From NCBI GenBank assembly GCA_951406725.2, contig OX597826.1, forward strand, positions 28,892,001-28,956,000: DNA of 64,000 nucleotides, in the 5' to 3' direction. The notes beneath the pieces were generated by a model. The model saw nothing but the letters and a program-made list of their open reading frames with translations. It was not told the DNA's origin and did not search any database. This DNA comes from Octopus vulgaris (Eukaryota). The translations under genes were made by a program, and so were the position numbers. The stretch's first letter is position 1. Each line of letters begins with the position of its first letter. Shown here piece after piece: positions 55,030-64,000 of the stretch.

Positions 55030-55423
55030 TCTTATTTCTTTATTGCTCACAAGGGCTAAACATAGAGGGGAGAAACAGGGACAAAGGGATTAAGTCGATT
55101 ACATAGACCCCAGTACGTAACAGGTACTTAATTTATTGTCCCCGAAAGGATGAAAAGCAAAGTCGAGCTCGGCGGAATTTGAACTCAGAACGTAACGGCA
55201 GACGAAATACCTATTTCTTTACAGAGAGTACAAGCAAGGACAGACAAACGGATTAAGTCGATTATATTGACCTCAGTGAGTAACTGGTACTTATTTAATC
55301 TACCCCGAAAGGATGAAAGGCAAAGTCGACCTCGGCGGAGTTTGAACTCAGAACGTAAAGACAAACGAAATACTGCTAAGCATTTCGCCTGGTGTGCTAA
55401 CGTTTCTGCCAGCTCACCGCCTT
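55030..55423 (-). mobile_element. SINE family B dimer
   Basis: Head plus two tailed units with the same junction as the other arrays. Confidence 0.88.
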
Positions 55424-55497
55424 TATTTCTGCGTTCAGTTCTATATTGTTTGTTGTATCGTATCATACTGCATAAACACACTATTTTTCTGTCCCCC

Positions 55498-55532
55498 CTC
55501 TTCTGATGAAGAGCCAAACTCGAAACGTCATT
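55498..55532 (+). ncRNA. Minimal hammerhead core (stem I lost) in a PLE-type fragment ~55425-55640
   Basis: CTGATGA-A-GAG-CCAAA-CTC-GAAAC-GTC. Flanks resemble the 42432-42615 and 28270-28460 fragments. Confidence 0.55.
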
Positions 55533-55795
55533 TTTCCATATTTTTCCACCTAAAACTTTCACTGGGCGTCAATCTAACATATTCACTGTGTACATCTAGT
55601 TCGCTTTTGTTGCTTTTGTCCTGTTTTCTTTAAAATTTATACTTACTATCTTTGTGTATGTGTGGGTATGTGTGTGTGTGTGTGAGTGTGAGTATACACA
55701 TATACACAGATATGTATATTATACGCATACACATATTTTACTCTTGTGTATTTATATTTTCTTTTTCAGTCAACGCACAAGCTAAAATATTGATT

Positions 55796-55858
<63 letters not shown>

Positions 55859-56685
55859 GGAAGAAAAACAGACCATTGTATTATGTGTGTGTATAAATAG
55901 GTACACATACATACATACATACATACATACATACATACATACATACATACATACATACATACATACATACATACATACATACATAGAAACACACACACAT
56001 ACGAATTTCACCGGTTGAAGAAAGCAACCTCAACGAAACGAATCAACCAATCAGAATCTTCGAACAGAAGCAAATTCTGTTGCCAAAATGGAATAATGTA
56101 CTTAGAAGAAGATTCCAGTAGTTCCATGTGTGGAGAAAATGTTAAGGGAATCAAAACCATTTTTCTACTACAAATAATTGCTAATTTTGTTGTCTTACAT
56201 TCCGACTTCGACAGTTGAATTCGATTATGTGTAGTTAGGACTTGTATGTCCAGAAGTCTACCATCTAAAATATTGCTCTCCTTTCCCATGTGCTCTCCAT
56301 TTCTTCTTACTCATCTTCTTTCTCTCAAGTTTAACTAACTGCTTCTTATTCCTTCACTTTTTTCTTTCTTTTTCTTTCTCTTTTGTCTTTTTTTCTTTTG
56401 CAATATTTTTCTCCATTCCCGTCTCGTTCTGTTCCCCCCCCCCCCTCGTCTCTGTCTCTATTTCTTCAACGATTTCTTTCAATTCAATAATTTTCTTTCA
56501 ACTGAATTTTCACCATTTCATTCCATCGCTCTTTCGCTTTCCTCTTTCAGCTTCTTCTCTCTTTCTCTTTCTCCCCCACCCCCTTTGGCTTTCCCTTTCT
56601 CTCTCAATAAATATGTACATATATATATATACATACATATATATACATATATATATTATATATGTATATATATATACATATATAT

Positions 56686-56726
<41 letters not shown>

Positions 56727-57278
56727 AACACATATATATGTACACATACACATACACTCACAATCACACGTATGTATGTGTATGTGTTTGTGTGTCTGTG
56801 TATGTGTGTAAGTTTCTCTTCTTCCTCCTTCCTCAACATCTCTTATACTTCACCCATTCCCTCCTTCAACCTCTCTTTATTATTATTATACTTTATTAAA
56901 CTATATTAATTTACCTTTCTTCATACACTTTTCTGTTTCCATCCATCCATTTATCCATCCATTCATCCATCCATCCCTCCATCCATCCATCCATCCATCC
57001 ATCCATCCATACATACATACATACATAACATACAAACATACATACATACATACATAACATACATACATGCAGTCCTCCATAGGTATATACATACGTACGT
57101 ACAAAGTTACAATATTGGTGCGTACGTACGTGCATACTTCTGTCTTTATATCTAAATAGAAATATCTATCTACCTGTCTTTCTGTCTATCAACCTATCTA
57201 CCTGTCTATCTATCAATCAATCTATCTATCAATCTATCTATCAATCTATCGATCGACTATCTATCTATCTATCTATCG

Positions 57279-57330
<52 letters not shown>

Positions 57331-57545
57331 GTCTATCTATCTATTTGTCTGTCTATCTACCTTTCTATTTACCTATCTATCTATCTATATATTTATCCAT
57401 CCATATATATATATATATATATACGTCTATCTATCAATCTGTCTGTTTATCTATCTGTCTGTCTATCTGTCTGTCTATCTGTCTGTCTATCTGTCTGTCT
57501 GTCTGTCTGTTTATTTATCTATCTATCCCCCTATCTTTCTATATA

Positions 57546-57610
<65 letters not shown>

Positions 57611-57827
57611 GTCTGCTTATCTATCTGTCAATCTATCTATTTGTTTATCTATAGCTGACAAAATCGTTATCACGCTGGGCGAGTTCAAATTCCGCCGAGA
57701 TTGATTTTGCCTTTCATCCTTTCTGGGGTCGATAAATCAAGTACCAGTTGAACATTTGGGTTGATGTAATCAACTAGTCCTCTTCCCGCAAATTCCAGGC
57801 CTTGTGCTTTTAGCATAAAGGATTATC

Positions 57828-57913
<86 letters not shown>

Positions 57914-59916
57914 CATTATTTTTATTTTTATTATCATTTTTTTTCTCCAATAGACCTGAAATTCGGGTGGTGGGTGGTTTGTCAATTACATCGTCTCCAG
58001 TCCTTAACTGACACTTTATTTTGTCGTCTCGGAAAGATGCAAGTTAAATCAACCACAAAGGAATTTGAACTCAGACCGTAAACCCTGAAGAAATGACTGA
58101 AACTATTTTGTCCGGCGCGATAACGAATGAGTCTGCCTGCTCGCCGCCTTTACCAACGTTAATAATAACACCACCAGAGCTCAACAACAATAACAACAAC
58201 AACACCCACAACGACCAGAATAACGGCCATTAAAACTGTCCCTCTGTGTGAGTGTTTGTGTCAGTTGGAACTGACCACTAAATGCAAACATACAAAGAGC
58301 AGACATGACAGAATTTGTAATAAAATAACCGCCATATTTATTATTATATATCATCCGGAGTATCAGATATATTTATGCTTATATAGGCCCTTCATAGCAG
58401 ATTTTATGGGTTCTCCAATGTAGATTTATATGGCCTACATATCTAGTTTTATAGACTCCTTCTACAGTATTTAGTAGTGACACAATGTATGTATCTTCTC
58501 ACAAATACGCTTCTCCTTTTTATTTTCAGTAAAGAATTATAAAGATTTTTAAAGTGGATACAATATCACACAGCAGAAATCACGGAACAACCTGCATAGA
58601 TGATACGGCTTTAGGGTTGGAATGTTTGTGCTGCACATCAGCTCGCTTTTTTCCATGAATTCGACGTTGCCTGTACAGGCCCAAGGTGTACCAGGCGTTA
58701 GGGGTCGAAGTGAACACAGAGCAACATAACATACTCCAGAACATAACACAGGAATTGAAACAACGATTACATGATCGTGAGTGCAACATGATAACCGCAT
58801 AATTTAATAATAATTTTTTTAATGCGCCCTTTTAAAGCCTAGCCAGGCTCATGGACCCGGTTTCCTGATTTCAATGGCGTATGTGTTCCCCCAGCTGGAC
58901 GGGACGCCAGTCCATTGCAGCGTTATTCATTTTTGCCAGCTGGGTGAACTGGAGCAACGTGAAATTAAGTGTTTTGCTCAAGAACAGAAAGCGTCGCCCA
59001 GTCCAGGAATCGAAACCACCATTTTACGATCATGATGCTGACACCCTAACCACTAAGCCACACGCCTCCACAACCGCATAATTAGCTAAAACTAACTAAA
59101 ACTAAATATCTTTCAATATTTAGTTGAGTTCAAGGCGCCGAGCTGGCAGAAATGTTAGGACGCCGGGCGAAATGCTTAGCGGCATTTCGTTTGTCTCTAT
59201 GTCCTGAGTTCAAATTCCGCCGAGGCTGACTTTGTCTTTCATCCTTTCGGGGTCGATAAATTAAGTACCAGTTGCATAATGGGGACGATCTAATCGACTG
59301 GCCCTCTTCCCCAAAATTTCGAGCCTTAAAAGAATATTCAGTTGAGTTAAATTCTGAGTTCAAATTCTGTCGTAGGATTTACTTAATTTTTAAGAGCGGT
59401 CGGATTCATTTTTAGTATTCTCGTTTGTGAGAGCAGTTGAGTTTATTTCAGATATTCTCATTTTAAAAATCATCCCTGGCTAATCGTCGAGAGGACGTTG
59501 GTGTTGCCTTGACGGAGGTTTGCGCTCTCTGAGTGCTCTTCTATTTCATCAAGTTAACTTTGACAACTACTTCGAAACCAGTAGCTCCGCCATTTTTTGA
59601 TTATGAATTTACATATATACCAGTATTAGTGCATTCATTTACGTTAGTAAATGCTTAAACCACAATCTCGGAGAAGCTAGGATTTTCACGTAAAGGAAGC
59701 AACTGGCTAACATGCACTTTACGGGTAGAATTTGTAAGTGGAACAGTAAAAATATGCAAGACTTTATTAAACATCGATATGTAGCAATTATCGTTTTTAT
59801 TGTTCACATTCTAATGAAGGGACTTTTGTTTGTTAGAAATCAGCTCTTTTGTTCTAGGGAGAATGCTTGTAAGTAAAAAAATCATACGCACTCACATATA
59901 TATATATAAATGTACG

Positions 59917-59959
<43 letters not shown>

Positions 59960-60849
59960 GCACATACATACATGCACACATGCTTACCTTCATATACAGG
60001 TACATACATATATACGCATAAACACATACATACAATCATACATGTATACAAACATATAAAAGTGCAAACACACACATACGCACATACATATACACATATG
60101 TACACATACATACATACACATACGCATATACATGCACATACATATATATACATACACATATAAACATACACAATACATACATACGTACACACATACATAT
60201 ATACATACATACACATATACATACATACACACGTACATACATACATGCACACATACACACATACATACACATACATACATACATACCATACATACATACA
60301 CACATACACACATATACATACATGCACACACATATACATACATACATATACAATACATACATACTCATACATACATACACACATACATCCATCCATCCAT
60401 CCATACATACATACATACATACATACATACATACATACATACATACATGCACACACACATACATACATACATACATACATACACATATACATACATGTTG
60501 CCACACACTATTCCTAATCTGAAACTGTAATCAGACACCAGTGTTTTCACCTGCAAGTGGACATGGCCTCCTTCCACGTAGAACCGATTGTATTATCGAT
60601 GTGACGGATTAATCAGATAAGCGAATCATATAACACCGGTGATCCGTATCGACGGCATACTTGCTGTTCCCTCTACCATGTCACGTAGTGGGAGCAAAAC
60701 TGCTGAGCAATGGGGTCACAATGTGCATGAATAGGGGTGACTGAAGTCGGTCGTATAGTTGTTGATTTTTCTGATAAGCCGGCATTAGTAACAGAAAAAG
60801 ATTCAAGCGAAATATTTCACATATTGTTCTGTTATCATCGTTGACGTTC

Positions 60850-61205
60850 TTATTTCTTTATTGCCCACAAGGGGCTAGACATAGAGGGGACGAACAAGGA
60901 CAGACAAACGGATTAAGTCGATTACATCGATCCCAGTGCGTAACTGGTACTTATTTAATCGATCTCGAAAGGATGAAAGGCAAAGTCGATCTCGGCGGAA
61001 TTTGAACTCTGAACGTAGCAGCAGACGAAATACCTATTTCTTTACTACCCACAAGGGGCTAAACACAGAGGGGACAAACAAGGACAGACAGACGGATTTA
61101 GTCGATTATATCAACCCTAGTGCATAACTGGTACTTAATTTATCGACCCCGAAAGGATGAAAGGCAAAGTCGACCTCGGCGGAATTTAATTCTGAACGTA
61201 AAGAC
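60850..61205 (-). mobile_element. SINE family B dimer (headless)
   Basis: Two tailed units joined at AAAGAAATA|GGTATTTCGTCTG. Confidence 0.88.
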
Positions 61206-61214
61206 AGAACGTAA

Positions 61215-61245
<31 letters not shown>

Positions 61246-61276
61246 GATAGACATACAGACAGTCAGGCAGACAGAC

Positions 61277-61355
<79 letters not shown>

Positions 61356-61390
61356 TAGATAGAGAGAAAGCGAGAGAGAGAAAGAGAGAA

Positions 61391-61489
<99 letters not shown>

Positions 61490-61827
61490 GGCAGACAGAC
61501 AGACGAACAGACAGACAGACGGACATGTTTTCTTTTATTTGTTTCAGTCATTGGACTGCAGCCATGCCTTGGGACCGCTTTCAAGGGCTTTAGTCGAACA
61601 ATTCGATCCCATCACTTCTGTCTTTCTTTTCTCCTTTCTTTCTTTCTTTCTTCTTTCCTTCCTTTTTTTTCTTTTGTTTTTTTTGTACCCTGGTACGTAT
61701 TCAATCGGTTTCTTTTGCTGACCCGGTAAATTAAGTGGACGTAAATAAACCGGTGGTACGGTTGTCTAGAGATGGAGGGGGCAAACACAGATATAAAGAT
61801 ACGCACAAACGCACACAGACTTATATA

Positions 61828-62162
61828 TCTCTCTATATATAAAGCTGAAGTTGTCTGTGTATGGCAGGTTTGGTAGCCTTCAACTAACACTTTCTCCTCC
61901 GAGACCCTGCGGCGCAAGTTGACCAAAGTTGAGAGTATGATAGAAGAAGGCTTGCTCTCAATTCAAATCGGACCATGTTAAGACCAAAAATTATTTTCAT
62001 CAAAAAGGTGCTTTTTTTCTATGAAAATCCCTATTTTTCACGATTTTTTGACTGCATTGTCGTCATTTTTCGGTGTATTTCAACCAGAAAAATGTTCACT
62101 TAAAGAGAATAATAAGCTACATAATGCAAAACTTTTACTTTTCAAAATGTGCTATACTGCTA

Positions 62163-62163
<1 letters not shown>
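61828..62163 (+). mobile_element. Non-autonomous Helitron (internally deleted)
   Basis: A|TCTCTCTATATATAAAGC 5' end and ..GCTATACTGCTAG|T 3' end; the subterminal hairpin is not evident. Confidence 0.65.
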
Positions 62164-62227
<64 letters not shown>

Positions 62228-62269
62228 TAGACAGCTATACATATACACATATATATATACATATACATA

Positions 62270-62318
<49 letters not shown>

Positions 62319-63017
62319 TTATGTATGTATGTATGTATATATGTATATATATATATATTTATATATATATATACATACATATCTCTGTGTGTGTGCGTGT
62401 GTTTGTGCCCCAGACCATCGCTTGACAATCGATGCTGGTGTGTTTACGTCCCCGTATCTTAGCAGTTCGGCAAAAGAGACCGATAGAATAAGTACTAGGC
62501 TTACGAAGAATAAGTCCTCGGGTCGATTAAGGTGATGTTTCAGCACTGCCTCAGTCAAATGACTAAAGCAAGAAAAAAAGAAAGAATAAAAAAAGTGACA
62601 ATATATAAAGCATAAAAAACAATTGTATACCCACAGTAATTAAGAGATCATTTACAAGTGGCTCGTTACAAACCAACAGGTTACAGCATCGCCGTAAGTC
62701 CAGTTGAAGGAGCTTTCTTGTATACAGATAATCGGCGAAAGCGATCCTTTTGCAGTAACATATATTTAGAATAATATGCAGAACAAGCAAGATTTCACAA
62801 ATAGATCATAATCAAATTAATTTCAACAGCTGTTCCATTAGGAATAAACATGATTAATTCTGTAATTACATAATTATGTTATGTAATAAATATGAATTAA
62901 TTTAAATTAGATTAACTTAAACCAATGTTTATTCCAAATCATCAACAATATCACCACCTATGCTAACCACAGACACTTATTTGTCTCTCTGATATTATCT
63001 CTATCTTTCTCTCTCTC

Positions 63018-63062
<45 letters not shown>

Positions 63063-63445
63063 GTAAATGTATGTGCGCGGGCGTGTGTATGTATAAGTGA
63101 GTATATGCATACATACACGTACTGACTATGCATGTATATTTATTTTTTCTTTTATATGTTTCAGTGGTCATGCTGGAGCACCGCCATATATATATATGTG
63201 TGTGTGTGTTTGTGTGTGTGTCTAAGTGTGTGTGTATGTATAAATACACACATGCATACACATACCTACTGAGTATATAACTCTTACTCCATCTTTTATT
63301 CCCCCTCTGAAAGACGATAGGCTGATGGATAGATAGATGCACATACATAGAGATAAAACAGGCAGACAAGCAGAGAGGCAGACAGACAGACAACCAGAAT
63401 ACAGATAAATGGACAGGTGGATAGATTGATAGATAGATAGATAAG

Positions 63446-63668
63446 TTTCTTTATTGGCCACACAGGGCTGCACACAGATGGGACAAGTTACAAGGTAGAG
63501 CTTTTCTTTTGGGAGATGAAGAGAACAAGAAACAAAAGAAAAAAAAAAGGGGGTGGCGTAGGTTTTCGATCAAGAGGGATCGTAAAAGGGAAGAAAAGAA
63601 CAAAAACAACAAAAAAATTGAATAAAATAAAAGGAATAAAAACAAAAAAAAAGAAAAGGAAAAGGAAC

Positions 63669-63756
<88 letters not shown>

Positions 63757-63905
63757 TGATAGACAGATAGATAGATAGATAAACTTTCTTTATTGGCCAC
63801 ACAGGGCTGTACACAGAGGGGACAATTACAAATGTAGAGCTTTTCTTTTCGGAGATGGAAAAGGAAAAGAAGAAAAAAAGGAAGCAAATGTAAAATTTCG
63901 ATCAG
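63446..63905 (-). mobile_element. Two LINE-like 3' end fragments in (GATA)n (63446-63668, 63785-63905)
   Basis: Both start TTTCTTTATTGGCCACACAGGGCTG(C/T)ACACAGA(T/G)GGGACAA on the plus strand, i.e. ..GTGGCCAATAAAGAAA 3' tails, each abutting (GATA)n. Confidence 0.65.
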
Positions 63906-63966
63906 GCAAGATACATACATGCGGACGGACAGACAGATAGACAGACAGACAGACAGACAGACAGGC

Positions 63967-64000
<34 letters not shown>

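Noticed and set aside
60595-60655. Imperfect ~60-nt hairpin (possible pre-miRNA)
   Set aside because: The stem is short and bulged; it cannot be supported without small-RNA reads.
62637-62693. 57-nt frame-preserving candidate exon (CAG..GTAAGT)
   Set aside because: The polypyrimidine tract is weak and the peptide is unrecognised; such matches are expected by chance in 64 kb.

Overview
This is AT-rich, microsatellite-saturated animal DNA with no recognisable host protein-coding gene. The SINE families and repeat landscape point to an intergenic or intronic region of an octopus-like cephalopod genome (inference). Almost all listed ORFs are artefacts of (TA)n, (CA)n, (TACA)n, (GATA)n and trinucleotide repeats. 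The real content is mobile DNA: (1) a near-complete CR1-clade LINE ORF2 (APE + RT, 43381-46392, minus strand); (2) Penelope-like elements (PLEs), including a GIY-YIG element with ~507-bp near-perfect inverted arms; (3) R4/Dong, RTE-X, RTE-BovB and L1/Tx1-like fragments; (4) nested mariners, a Tc1-like MITE, and Helitron- and Helentron-type non-autonomous elements; (5) dozens of tRNA-derived SINEs from at least four families. The most notable hidden signal is a set of about 10 hammerhead-ribozyme (HHR) folds read directly from the sequence. These include a canonical HHR defining a 489-nt retrozyme-like unit whose direct repeat starts at the cleavage site (18662-19292), a PLE HHR with a compensatory G3:C8 core swap (30902-30951), a tRNA-headed SINE carrying an HHR (47340-47610), and CUGUAGA/CCGAAGA core variants. 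Two RTE copies show twin-priming-type 5' inversions, and two SINE families share 3' tails with LINEs present in the window. All folds and alignments were made by eye, and element boundaries are approximate.
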